Source of the DNA: Vicugna vicugna
Lineage: Eukaryota
Reading direction: 5' to 3'
DNA length: 64,000 bases
Assembly (NCBI GenBank): GCA_013265495.1
Contig: MU057711.1
Location: 496,001-560,000 of the forward strand
This document shows, piece by piece, positions 1 to 11,750 of this stretch (positions are counted from its first letter, which is position 1; each line of letters opens with the position of its first letter). The notes beneath the pieces are model-generated. The model was not told the origin of the DNA. It was given only the letters and a program-made list of their open reading frames with translations, and ran no database searches. A program made the translations under genes and the position numbers.

Positions 1-1067
1 GAGGTTTGTTGATTTTATTTACTTAAAAAAAAAACCAGCTTTAGGTTTGATTGATTTTTTTCTACTTGTTTTTTTTTAATCTCTATTTTATTTATTTCCT
101 TCCTAATCTTTATAATTTCCTTCCTTCTGCTGCCTTTTGGGGTTTTTTGTTCTTCTTTTTCTAGTTCTCTCAGCTTAAATTGTTTATTTGAGATTGTTCT
201 TCTTTTTTGAGGAAGGCCTGTATCGCTATAAACTTCCCTCTTAGCACTGCCTTTGCTATGTCCCATAAGTTTTGTGTGGTTGTGCTTTCAGACCCATTGA
301 TTTTTTAATGGTATGTTGTTTAGTCTCCATGCTGTCATTTTTTGCTTGTTTGTTTTTCTGTGGTTGGTTTCTAGTTTCATGCCTTTGTGGTCAGAGAAGA
401 TGCTTAGAATGATTTCTGTCTTCTTAAATTTGTTGAGGCTTCTTTTGTGTCCAAGCGTATGGTCTATCCTAGAGAATGCTCCATGAACACTTGAAAATAA
501 TGTATATTCTGTTTTTGGTGGATGTAATGTCCTAAAAACATCAACAAAATCTAACTGTTCTATTGTGTCATTTATTATCTCTGTTGCTTTACTGATTTTC
601 TGTCTGGAAGACCTGTCCAATGATGTCAGTGGGGTGTTAAAGTCTCCTACTGTCATTGTATTCCCATTAATTTCTCCCTTTATGTCTGTTAGTATCTGTT
701 TTATATATTTAAATGCTCCTATATTTGGTACATATATGTTAACAAGTATAATATCTTCATCTTGTATTGCTCCTTTGATCGTTATTTAGTACCCTTCTTT
801 TTCTTTATGGTCTTTGTTTTAAAGTTTATTTTGTCTAACATGAATATTGCTGCTCTTGCTTTCTTGTCATTTCCATTTGTATGAAATAACTTTTTCCAAC
901 TCTCACTTTCAATCTATGTGTGTCCTTCACTCTAAAGTGGTCTCTTGTAGGCAGCATATTGTAGACATTTGTTTTATTATCCAATCTGCCACTCTATGTC
1001 TTTTGATTGGAGCATTTAGTCCATTGACATTTATAGTAATTATTTATAGTTGTATGTTTATTGACGT
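1..1067 (-). pseudogene. L1 ORF2 N-terminal apurinic-like endonuclease domain, disrupted
   Basis: Minus-strand translation gives ITINVNGLNAPIKRHRVADWI near 980-1040. ORF 288..656 carries GDFNTPL and SDH motifs. Stops and frameshifts are present; the start codon appears mutated to ACG. Confidence 0.9.
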
Positions 1068-1495
1068 TTTGATCTTTGTTTTCCAGTTGATTTGGAATTT
1101 CTTCTTCATTCCTTTCTTTTCCTTTTTGTCTTTCTTTTTGTGGGTTGATAATTTTCTTTTGTATTAGCTTGGTTTCTTTTGGTTTTTGTGACTCTATTGT
1201 ATACTTTTGATTTGTGGTTACTTTGTTTTTCAAGTATGTCATCCCTTTACTATATCTGTTTTCTTTAGACTGATAGTCATGTGGGCTCAAACACATCCTA
1301 AAAAGAATGAAGAAAAAAAAAAGAGAGGAAAAAATCTATATTTTCTTGCTCCCCTCTCCAACCTTTTATGATTTTGATATTTGTTATTTTTATTATTTTT
1401 TTTTACATATTCATGTTTATTCTCTTGCAATTCAGTGTAGTTATTGCATTTACAATTATGGTTTTCTCATTTCTATACCTTCATTTCTTTTCTAT

Positions 1496-2365
1496 TTAGA
1501 GTAGACCTTTCAATATTCTTTTTAATACAGGTTTAGTATTGCTGAATTCTTTTAGTTTTTGCTTCTCTGTGAAATTCTTTATCTCTCCTTCTACTCTAAA
1601 GGATAATCTTGCCTGATAAAGTATCCTAGGTTGCAGCTTTTTCTCTTTCAGAACTTTGAATATATCTTGCCACCCCTTCTGGCCAGTAGTGTTTGTGTAG
1701 AGAAATCAACCGAAGGCCTTATGGGAGTTCACTTGTAACTAACTTTTTGTTTTTCTCTTGCTGTCTTTGGAATTCTTTCTTTATCTTTAACTTTGGCCAT
1801 CTTAATTATAATATGTCTTGATGTAGGTCTGTTTAGGTTCTTCTTGTTTGGGACCCTCTGTGCCTCTTGTACTTGGAAAGTTTTCAGTCATGATTTCTTC
1901 AAATACTTTTTTAATCCCCCTTTCTATTTTTTCTCCTTCTGGGACCCCTATTATGCATAGGTTGGCATGCTTTATATTATTTCATAGTTCCCTTATATTG
2001 CTTTCATTGATTTTTACTTGCTTTTTTGTCTGCTGTTCTTATTGGGTGACTTCTGTTATCCTGTCTTCTAAGTCACTTATTCATTTCTCTGTATTATCTA
2101 GTCGGCTTTTGACTGCCTTTACCTCAGCTCTTATCTCAGCAACTGAGTTTTTTTACTTGTCTCTTCCTTATAGTTTCAATTTCTTTTTCATCGCATTCTC
2201 TGTCTCTATTCATAGTCTCTCCTATTTCCTTCAGTGCTTTTATCAGTCCCTTTTTGAAGTCTTGATCTAGTAGACTGTTGAGGTGTATCTCATTGTTGTT
2301 CTTTCAGGGAACTTCTCTTGTTCTTTCAATTGAGAGTGGTTCTTTTGATTCTTCATCTTACTTAT
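1496..2365 (-). pseudogene. L1 ORF1p, disrupted
   Basis: The N-terminus reads SKMKNQKNHSQLKEQEKFPER and the C-terminus RLSFRVEGEIKNFTEKQKLKEFSNTKPVLKRILKGLL*. Both align by eye with ORF1 at 13235-14126. Confidence 0.9.
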
Positions 2366-3957
2366 ATTTCTCTGGCTCTATGGATTTAGGAGTATCAGTT
2401 ATCTACTGTGGTCTTGAAAGGCTGTTTTATTTTTTGTTTATTTATTTTTATTTAAAGTGAGACCATTCCTGTGTAGACTATGTGCATCTAATAGTTTTCT
2501 TGCAATGGCTGTTCTTAGTATGAATGGTTGCCATGTCTTTCTTCCATGAATATTGGCTGTTATCCCTTTGATTGAGGGTGTGGTTGGTGTTGTGGTGTTC
2601 AGAGCCTACCCTGATTGTTGTTGTTGAGTGGGGCCTCCTTTTTGTTCTGTGGTTGTCACAGCCTTCACAGGGGCTTGGTCTGCTCCCTGTTGCTGGAATA
2701 GAAGCTTCTAGACCCATTTCTGAGCTGTTGTGTGTAGTAGGCAGGGTTGGAGTAATTCAGCTGGGAAGATTAGGCAGAAGATGTCAGCTGGGAAGTGCAC
2801 TCTGTGGTGTTGTCTGTCACTTGTTATGCAGGCTTACAAAGTGCTCTTTGTTGACATTGCCTTTGTCCCTGCCTTAGCTGAGGGAATGTTGGCCACCTGC
2901 TGTGGTGTCCCCTAGGTTCTGAGCCCCAGGAATGACCAGTGCAGATCCACCAACATCAGGCACTATGGCCCACCGTAGCAAGTGTACAGCCACCCACCTG
3001 AATTTGTGGTGCACCACAGGGTCAGCACAGACCCCAGCCCCATCTTCGCATACAGTATGGTACAGCAGCCTGTTGTAAATATTTGTACTCACCCCCACTG
3101 TGTGTCATAACTCTGCTTACTGCCCGTTTGTCCCTGAAGTGTGGGTTCACAAAGGGTCCAGAGAGAGCAAATCCAACCTCTCTGCCTGGGGCTGTAACAA
3201 GTCACAGTCCAGCCTGTGAAGTTGCAGGGCCACTGGGTATAGATTTAGCTTTCAGCCATGCCTCCGCACATCAGTGATGGCTATGACTAGGCCCCACCTC
3301 TCTTCTAGCAAGAATACGCCAAAATGCAGCCAAGCAGAGAAAGCTTGAGCATTGTGGAGCTGTATTGTGCCCCCCCCCTCCTCCATACTAACAGTGGTGT
3401 TTTTTTATGGAGGTCCCAGGCTGTTCTGTTCCACACACAACCCCAGCCAGAGCTCACACCTCCCTCTAGTCCCCTGAGGCCGCCTCTGCACAGTGAGCCC
3501 CAGCCCTCTGCCTGAGCTCCTCACTCATCTCCAGCAGCCAGTCCTGGTTTATCCCTGCTGGCTTGCGTCTAGGGCTGGGGATTGCAGGGACCTTCCGCAT
3601 CAGTTTCCCTTAGTTTTGGCTGCCAAGAAGTTGCCACTTTCTCCTCTGAGCTCAGAAGCTCCACTTCTGTCCCCACTGACCTCCCGGCTGCAGAGGGAAG
3701 CATCCCAGCATGAGGTTGCCTTTCTTCCTATGCCACTCACTCTTTGCAGGACTGATCCTGCACTGATTTTTTCTTTTTCCTTTTTTTCTTACTGGATTTT
3801 GGGAGAATCCCCCTGTATTAAAAAGTGAGAGACACTCTTCCAGAGTTCAGTAGGGGTTCTGTGCAACTCAGTGGGTTTGTAGACGTAATTCCTGGTTTAT
3901 TTGTGGGAGAGGGCGAGCTGTGAGTCTCTCTACTCCACCATCTTGGCTCAACCCCCC

Positions 3958-4166
3958 AATTTCATTGATTTTGGCTCTAATTTTATTATTTCTTTTATTC
4001 TTCTTATTTTGAATTTAATTTCCTCTTTTTCTAATTTTTTAAGAAGGAAGCTTATTGATTGAATATCTTTTTCTTTCTTTTTTTAAACATTTTTAATTGA
4101 TTTATAATCATTTTACAATGTTGTGTCAAATTCCAGTGTAGAAAACAATTTTTCAGTTATACATGA

Positions 4167-4197
<31 letters not shown>

Positions 4198-4239
4198 CTA
4201 TGTCTGTGAGTCTATTTCTGTTTTGTATTTTATGTTTTG

Positions 4240-4270
<31 letters not shown>

Positions 4271-6190
4271 GATTCCGCATATGAGTGGTCTCATATGGTA
4301 TTTTTCTTTCTCTTTCTGGCTTACTTCACTTAGAATGACATTCTCCAGGAGCAACCATGTTGCTGCAAATGGCGTTATGTTGTTGGTTTTTATGGCTGAG
4401 TAGTATTCCATCGTATAAATATACCACATCTTCTTTATCCAGTCATCTGTCGATGGACATTTAGGCTGTTTCCATGTCTTGGCTATCGTAAACAGTGCTG
4501 CTATGAACATTGGGGTGCAGGTGTCATTTTGAAGTAGGGTTTCTTCTGGATATATGCACAGGAGCAGGATTCCTGGGTCATATGGTAAGCCTATTCCTAG
4601 TCTTTTGAGGAATCTCCATAGTGTTTTCCACAGTGTCTGCACCAAACTGCATTCCCACCAGCAGTGAAGGGGGGTTCCCTTTTCTCCACAGCCTCTCCAG
4701 CATTTGTCATTTGTAAATATCTTTTTTGCTTTTTTAATAAATGCATTAAATGCTATGGATTTTCTTTCCAGCACTGCTCTTGCTGCATCCTCAAATTTGT
4801 ATGCTTTATTTTCATTTTCATGTAGTTAAAATATATTTAATTTTCTTTTGAGAATTTATTCTTTGAAATATGTAATATTTAGAATTATATTGTTTAATCT
4901 CTAAGTAGTTTTAGATTTTCCAGCTATCTTTCTGATTTTGGTTTCTGATTTAATTCTGTTGAGGCCTGAAAACAGACATTGTATAATTTTTATTTCTTTT
5001 AATTTGTTAAGGTCTGATTTTTGCCCAGAATTTGGTCTATTTTGATGAATGTTCTGTGTGAACTTGAGAGTATGTATTCTGCTGTTATTGGATTGAGTAG
5101 TTTATAGGTGTTTAATTATATACAGTCAATTGATGGTGTTGTTGAGTTCAACTATGTCCTTACTGATTTTCTGCTTGATGGATCTAGCCATTTCTGATAG
5201 AGGGGTGTTAAAATCTCCACCTATAATAGTGGATTTGTATACTCTCTTTGCAGCTCTATCTATCCATTTTTGTTTGTGTAATTTGATGGTCTGTTGTTAG
5301 GTGCATATACATTAAGGGTTTTTGCCTTCTTGAAGAATTGACTCCTTCATCATTATGTAAAGCCCTTTATCTCTGATAAAGGGATGATTTAATGGGAAAT
5401 TCTGTCATTACTGTTTCAAATGTTCCCCTTTGTCTTTCTTCTTTCTCTTGTATTCACCTTATACTTATGGTGCACCTGTCGTAGTTGTTTCATAGTCCTT
5501 GGATATTCTATTCTATTTTCTTCAGTCTTTTCTTTTTCTCTTTGCTTTTTAGTTTTGGATGTTTTCATTGACATATCATAAAACTGAGATTTTTTTCCTC
5601 AGCCATGTCCAGTCTATAATATGCCCATGAAAGAAGTTTTCATTTCTGTTATAATGCTTATGATCTCTGGCATTTAAAAATTCTTTCTTATAATTTCCAT
5701 CTCTTTGATTACATTGCCTATCTGATCTTGCATGTTGTCTAGCATGTTGTCTACTTTTCCATTAGAGCCTTTAGCACATTCATGTTAGTTGTAAATTCCT
5801 GGTCTGTTAATTTCAACATCCCTGATACTTACTGTGAAGAATCTGGTCAAGCTCCTGGAGGCAAAACTCACAAAGTATGGGGACCCCCATGAATGCGTTC
5901 CCCTAGAGTTTTTAACTTTCAGACATGTCCGCACTGAATATCCAGCAATTTGTCAGTTACAGTTTAAGTTTTCCTACCCAGGTACTGGTTCCCAAGAGTT
6001 TTCTTCTTCATTAAGCTGTGACTCCCTGTATTTGCTTCTCTGTCTCTCCAGTTTGAGAGGCTTTGGTTTGCCCTGTGACCTCAATTCTGTGAGAGAGCTA
6101 AGAGTTGTTCCTTTTTTATTTTATTCAGCTTTTTACTTATCATTGGAAAATAGTGACAACTTTCAAGAAGAGGACCACAAACTAGAAATC
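3958..6190 (-). mobile_element. Older L1 (L1M-type) 5' portion; host of two younger L1 insertions
   Basis: Degenerate ORF2 EN-like sequence at 3958-4072 and 4727-5375, similar to 100-790. ORF1/UTR-like sequence continues to ~6190 and ends in a motif resembling ancient L1M 5' ends. Confidence 0.7.
4073..4715 (-). mobile_element. Young 5'-truncated L1 (ORF2 C-terminus plus 3'UTR)
   Basis: ORF 4268..4774 includes [18 protein letters not shown]...[30 protein letters not shown] at 4062-4072 and 4716-4726. Confidence 0.95.
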
Positions 6191-7089
6191 TAAAATTTCT
6201 TTTAAAAAATATATTTGTTTGCATTAAAAACTGGGTCTGAATATAAGGACAACATCATTGAAAATAGTGCAGTTGATATTATAATAGCTTGAGGTTGGGA
6301 AACACTTCTGTGACTCATGGCAGGTGGGGACAGAAACTATTTCTTTCTTTGTTTATCTCAGCTCTTTAACCTAATAACCACTTCAGGCTGTACATGCAGT
6401 TCCCTAACTACACAAAATCCACATGCGTGCTCCAGTGGCCATCTGTCTCTGAAACAAAAGGTGTGCACAGCAGAGTGCCCCTGCCCTGACAGCTGTGATT
6501 TATGAGTTTGAAGGAACATCTAGTCCAGTCTGTGCTGACTCAGCACCCAGAGGGCAGCCTGCCCTGAAGTTTTAGCCTCTCCTGGGAGAACATGTGACTA
6601 TGTAGTCACTGTCCAGACATGGACCCCCAGGAATGGTTTGTTTCTCACTCCTTGTCTACTTCATCTTCATCATTCCCCGCTTTTCCCCCCTCTCTCTGGA
6701 GGAGACAGCCTCTTCTCCCAGCTCACCCCACATAGCCTTTCTACCTCTTCTCATCTGGGCTGGTCTGACCTGCCTTTGGTGTCCCTCTATATAATTGTGA
6801 GGCTCATCTGAGCACCCTATTATTCACTTCTTTTTTGGTGCCTTTGCCAACCATGCCTCCCCCTCTCACTTTTCAGCAGTCTGTTCTAAAAAGGTGGACA
6901 GAAAGGAGGATCCAGAGCCAAAGACACAGTTTCAAGGTCTCATTCTTTACTTAAAGTGTGTGTGTGTATGTGTGCACATGTGTGTAGGAGAGAGAGAATG
7001 ATCTTGAACAAGTAATTAAACATCTTGTAATCTCTATCCCTTGAGTGATCCTGTGGATTAGTAAACTGTCCTGAATCAAATCCCCCTTA

Positions 7090-7497
7090 CCCCTGGTCTC
7101 CATTGGGAAATACCCATTGTATAGTTTTGAAGAAGGGCAGTTGGTATGCTCACCACTTACCAAAGAAACTGAGGGACACAAATCCTTTCTCTTCCTTCCA
7201 TCTCTCCCCTACCCGAGTCAGGGGACAGGTAGCTGATGTAAGCTCAGACAGTCAGCTTCTCCATCTGATGACCTTGCCGATTGGTAAAAGCTGGAGTGAC
7301 CATCTGGAGATCGGTTCCTTGTCCAACCTGGTAGGGAGTGTGGGCCAGACAGGTCCTGCTGCATGACCTTGGCTCCCACCCACCCCTTAGCCTGGTCCTC
7401 CAACCTCCCAGCGATTCTTTGAATTCCTGATATTCTTTCATCACATTCCTTTTTGCCTAAGAGAACCAGTCTGTTTCTGTTTTTTACAACAAACAGC
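7090..7497 (+). mobile_element. MaLR MLT1-type LTR, degenerate
   Basis: Ends ...ATTCCTTTTTGCCTAAGAGAACCAGTCTGTTTCTGTTTTTTACAACAAA, typical of an MLT1 3' end. Confidence 0.55.
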
Positions 7498-7514
7498 CTG
7501 AGCTGCCTATAAAA

Positions 7515-7745
7515 CAAGAACAATAATATCTACCCAATAGGGATTTTGTGATGATTAGATGAGAAGATATGCCAACACTCCTAGCTTGGTGCCTGGAATG
7601 TAAACATTAAGTTTACAGAAAACTTCATATGTGTCAAGCCCCGAGATGAGCAATATTAAAACCTTAGCTTATGGAATCCTCACAACGACCCCATCAAAGT
7701 ATTACCATCTGCCGAGGCAGCAACTAAGGCATGGAGACATTGTTA
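7515..7745. mobile_element. MIR fragments (one plus, one minus)
   Basis: AATAATATCTACC..GATTAGATGAG..GTGCCTGG on plus; AATCCTCACAACGACCC..AACTAAGGC on minus. Confidence 0.55.
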
Positions 7746-8499
7746 AAAATCTATATCAACTTTCTTCTTTCCTCATTTCTATGTCCTCCTGCCCAGCTAA
7801 GCTATCTGTGTGGGTTTGGAAGTAAAACCAAAGGCAGCTGTAGGGACCATTAATTCAGGGCATAACTCTCAGAGTGAGGTAACCACGGCACCACCTCTAC
7901 TAACTCTGAGAGTAACGTCTCTGATGCACTGAGTGTAGCCATGGGCTCCTTGCTCTCCTGCTATGAAATAGCTCCTGAACACGAGGCTGTGAGCCAATGC
8001 AAAATTCAGCCCAGGGAGGCGTCCAGTGTTGTTTTGGGGCTCAAAGGCTATGAGCCTTTTGAAAATGTGACTCAGGTGAGAGAACAAAGGCTAAAATGAT
8101 TCACAAAGTATGAATCAATTGGAGCAAGTTCCCTGAAACATTTTTGAGGCTGATAGGTTATTTCCATGGCGAAGATTGGGGGACAAGGAGGGAGTGGGCG
8201 GGGAGGGATCCAGGAAGAGTCCGGGGTATGTGAGGCTGCAGCCTCTGCTCAGACCTCAGTCAACTGGCCTCTGAGAGGCCCCAGCTCAGTTCTGCAACAT
8301 CCCTGGGGTCCCTGAAAGCCCCTCTAGCAGCACCAGGGCCCTGGAAATTCTGGTAGTTTTGTGGCATCTGTCTTGGTACCAGCCAGAACTTCTTCAGCTG
8401 TGAAAGTCAACTTAAAATTACCTTTTAAAAGATGAGCTCACAAGCCTGGCAATTGGGCAGTCCAGGGGATAAACTGCCATTGGGCTCAACTAGATCTAG

Positions 8500-8789
8500 A
8501 TGCTCAAATCATGCCATCAGGACTCTTGGTCTTTCTCCTTTCAAGTAAGCTTTGCTTCTCCCTGTTGACTCCCTTCCACTCCTCCCCCATGATGGCAAAC
8601 ACAGCCCCCAGCAGCTCCAGGTCTGTTTCTCCAGCTTAGCAGTCACCACTGAAGGACAGCACTTCTCTGACGGCTCCCAGAGCAAATCCTGGGCCTGGTT
8701 CTTACTGGTCTGGTTTCTCAGGTGCACATCCATGCACCAGTCATCATGGTCAGAGGCATGGATTGCCCTGCCTGCCCTGCTGAGGAAAG
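8500..8789 (-). mobile_element. MLT1-type LTR fragment
   Basis: ATGATGGCAAACACAGCCCCCAGCAGCTCCAGG and CCAGTCATCATGGTCAGAGGCATGG resemble the MLT1 antisense body. Confidence 0.5.
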
Positions 8790-8793
8790 AGAG

Positions 8794-9617
8794 TGCAACT
8801 GAGCAGGACCCTATTGTCATCAGTGGCCATATGGTGTTTGTAACTGCTTAATTGTATAATAGTTTAAATGGCTTTTCTCATGTTCTTGCAGCATTAGGTT
8901 GGAGAGGAGGGATGCTTGAGTGGTCTGCCCAACCCCCTTGTGGTGCTGCAGGTGGGGATCATGCTCAGCACCCTGCTTTTGCCCCCAGTGCCCTGCTTTT
9001 GCTCCCAACACCTCAGAAATAGCAGTTGGGGTTTTGTTTTCTGTATCCTGTTGTTCATAACTGGCTCCAACTGCAGTTATTTTGAGTCCCTTTTGGCTTC
9101 TTTGTATTCTGCTGTTGGAGGTGCATGTCCAGTTTGTGCAAACCCTGCAGCAAGAGGTCCCAGGCCTCAACCTGCCTAAAATGCTAAAAGCATTCATCAA
9201 CCTGACTTTAAAATTGCTCAAGTTTTTCTCTAGAGCACTTCTCCACAGACCCCCTTCATAAGCACCATTTGCTCTAGGCATAAGAATATTAGGAGATTCC
9301 CAAAGCCAGATGAAAACATCATACCCAGCAGAAGGAAGAGAACCATTGCATCTGCAAAAGCAAGAACAACTTTGCAACAATTTGTTACTCTGTGTACAGT
9401 CTCTATGGAAACCAGCACTGCCTCTTGAACTCTTGAACTTTTACTGTAAAATCCCCTGACTTTTCTCCCTAGCAGGTTCAATGTCTTGGAGGCATTAGCC
9501 TACTGTGACCTCCTTTGTCTGGCAAAGAAATAAAGCTGCCTTTTCTACTTCATCCAAAACTTTATCCTCCAGTCTCAATTCAGTGAAGTGGGGTACAGAG
9601 GCAGAGTTGTAGCAACA
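8794..9617 (+). mobile_element. ERV1-class solo LTR
   Basis: Begins TGCAACTGAGCAGGACCCTA and ends GCAACA. AATAAA near 9529. 4-bp TSD AGAG at 8790-8793 and 9618-9621. Confidence 0.8.
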
Positions 9618-9844
9618 AGAGGGAGCAGAAGGGTCAGCCCCATTCAAACTGTGATGTACTCAGCCTTCTGGCTTTGGGGTGAGTGCCTTTCTACCACTGA
9701 GGGAAAAGGAAGGCTGGTCTTCCCTCTCTGCTTCTTGTCTGGATTCTGCTGGAATCTGGAGAAAGGGAGAAGGAAGGCAGAAGACCCATATCAGATTTTC
9801 CTAGTGGCCCATTTTACTCTGGAAGCCTCTCTGTGTATCCCCGA

Positions 9845-9935
9845 GGATCAAGGCTGTCTCTGTTCTCTTTGTACCTCTTCCCCTCTCCCCCAGTGACTTG
9901 CACATAGTAGATACTCAGAAAAATGAATCTGATGG
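9845..9935 (+). mobile_element. L2 3' end
   Basis: GCACATAGTAGATACTCAGAAAAATGAAT resembles the L2 terminus. Confidence 0.5.
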
Positions 9936-10829
9936 TAGAACATTGAGAGAAGAAAGCAAAGGAAGGCAGTCCATGCCATCCAACTTCCAGCTCCTTGTAA
10001 GAGCAGAGTGGACATTCGTCTCTCAGTCCCAGAACCCTGCATTTTCTTAGACAAGACTGTTGTCATGGTCACTTCCTGGCCTCACCCACATGGTTGACAC
10101 TATGCAATGGCGAGAGGCAGAAGATGGAGGAGATTGGGTGCTGCTCTATCCTGAGAATCTGAGAGCGGTGGGGCTGTGCTTTCAGGGAGGTGGTCAAGTC
10201 CAAGGTCCTCCACGCCCTCCTCCTCAGCGAGGCTCTGGGCGGTGAGGCTGGCTGCAAGTGCTAATTGGGCACAGCTTAACTTGATGTGATGACATTAGTG
10301 CTGCTGTAATAATCCAAAGTGCAGAATGTGTACCGGATGCAAATTTATTGTGTAAAAGCTATATCTTAATCATATTAATTGAATTTTCAGAGCAGATGGG
10401 TTTTCTTTCCAAGCCACATTTTATTACATTTCATTAGCATCATGTTAATGGCAGCACAATAACAGAAACTCTGGACATTAAAAGAATTTTCTGATGGCTC
10501 AACTACATTTTCTGTGCCGTTAACTCGAATGCTAGCCTGGTTGGTCAGGATTTCTCTGCTGGTTGAAATATGCTTGCTCTCTTTGTGTCTGCAGAAATTC
10601 TAGAAGCAGCAGACAAACTCAGGTTACAACACTGAGACTGATTTTACCAAGCTAATGGTTTTTCTGGCTCCCGAAGAATCTTGGTCTAGAGGCATGGCCA
10701 GTCTAGGTACAGAATTCTGCCTGTCTCATTGCCTTTCTTCCTTTCCTACAATTCCAAAGTGGATTTGAAGTGGCTTATAAAATACATACAACAGAGTGAA
10801 ATTAAATAAGATTGGTGTAAAGGCATACT

Positions 10830-10965
10830 TGAATTCAAACCCTGATTCTGTCACTTCCTAACTGCGTGACCTCGGGATGTGACTTTCCCTCTCTGAGCCA
10901 CAGTTTCCTCCTCTGTAAGATGATATCAGGGTCCACACGTGGGAGGGTTAAATGGAAGGTGCTTA
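10830..10965 (+). mobile_element. MIR SINE
   Basis: TTCAAACCCTGATTCTGTCACTTCCTAACTGCGTGACCTCGGG..CAGTTTCCTCCTCTGTAAGATG core. Confidence 0.8.
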
Positions 10966-10979
10966 GGTGGCCTGTGCAG

Positions 10980-11300
10980 CTGCAGGCAGAGAAGGTGGAG
11001 AGGGAGCTGGGGCTCAGCTCAGGCAAGTCCATTACGTCCATGGTAGGACCCAGCTTTTTCCTGCAGGAGGTGGAGTGCCACTGGAGGGCTGTGAGCTGAA
11101 CAGAGCAGGGCCCTGGTCTGACTTCCACTGTGAGAAATGCCTCTGGTTGTTGCACAGAGACTAGACTATAGAGGGAGGAGGGAGGGTGGGGGGACGGGGA
11201 CCAGTGAGGAGGCTGTTGTAACAGATGGCAGGCAGAGCCTTGAACTGGTGAAGTGGCCATGAGTGGGATCCGTTTTGGTTGGGGATTCGAGAGAAAGGGA
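10980..11300 (-). mobile_element. L2 fragment
   Basis: GCCACTGGAGGGCTGTGAGC..GACCAGTGAGGAGGCTGTTG, typical L2 antisense. Confidence 0.65.
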
Positions 11301-11539
11301 AAAGCCAAGGGTGAGTTGAGGGGTGGAGGAACATGGTAAGTGCTTACCCTGCCAGGCCCCAGTGTAGCCCTGAGGCCGGCGTTTCTGCTCCCCGGTCCAG
11401 TGTGCACCCCCTCTGCCCCATGGCCTGCTTTCGTACTAAAATGGATTCAGTCTCAGCTTTTGATGAGCAGGGGGCCCGAATCATACCAGACGTGTAAGGG
11501 GATAGTCGTGAAATTGCAAATGGACTGGGAAGATGCAGC

Positions 11540-11750
11540 TAATATCTTGAGCTTGTATATTGTTTTTCACATGCTCTAAAGTGCATTCACATAGCTTACC
11601 AAGTTTTTTTTTTTTCCCACGCCAACCCTGCACGTTAGATAGAGTGTCACATTATCATACTTTACAGAGAAGCAAACTGAAATCTGGAGAAGACAAGTGA
11701 TACACCCAAAGGCATATGCTCAGCTATTCCCATGTGTGGACCCATGAAAT
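11540..11750 (-). mobile_element. MIR SINE
   Basis: TTTACAGAGAAGCAAACTGAAATCTGGAGAAG..AAGTGATACACCCAAAGG antisense core. Confidence 0.6.

Larger units (their letters stand above)
1..3957 (-). mobile_element. LINE-1, 5' portion (5'UTR, ORF1, ORF2 endonuclease region); continues beyond window start
   Basis: Minus strand starts GGGGGGTTGAGCCAAGATGGTGGAGTAG (L1 5' end with YY1-like site) at 3957. It is followed by a GC-richer UTR, ORF1 homology and ORF2 EN homology (VGDFNTPLTSLDRSSRQKI, FSRIDH). Confidence 0.95.

Noticed and set aside
8190..8207. G-quadruplex motif GGGAGTGGGCGGGGAGGG (others near 11175, 20853 and 42816)
   Set aside because: Common in mammalian DNA and there is no supporting context.
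8820..9380. 186-aa ORF
   Set aside because: It lies inside a solo LTR with no gag/pol/env motifs.
10835..11407. 190-aa ORF
   Set aside because: Built from MIR and L2 relics.
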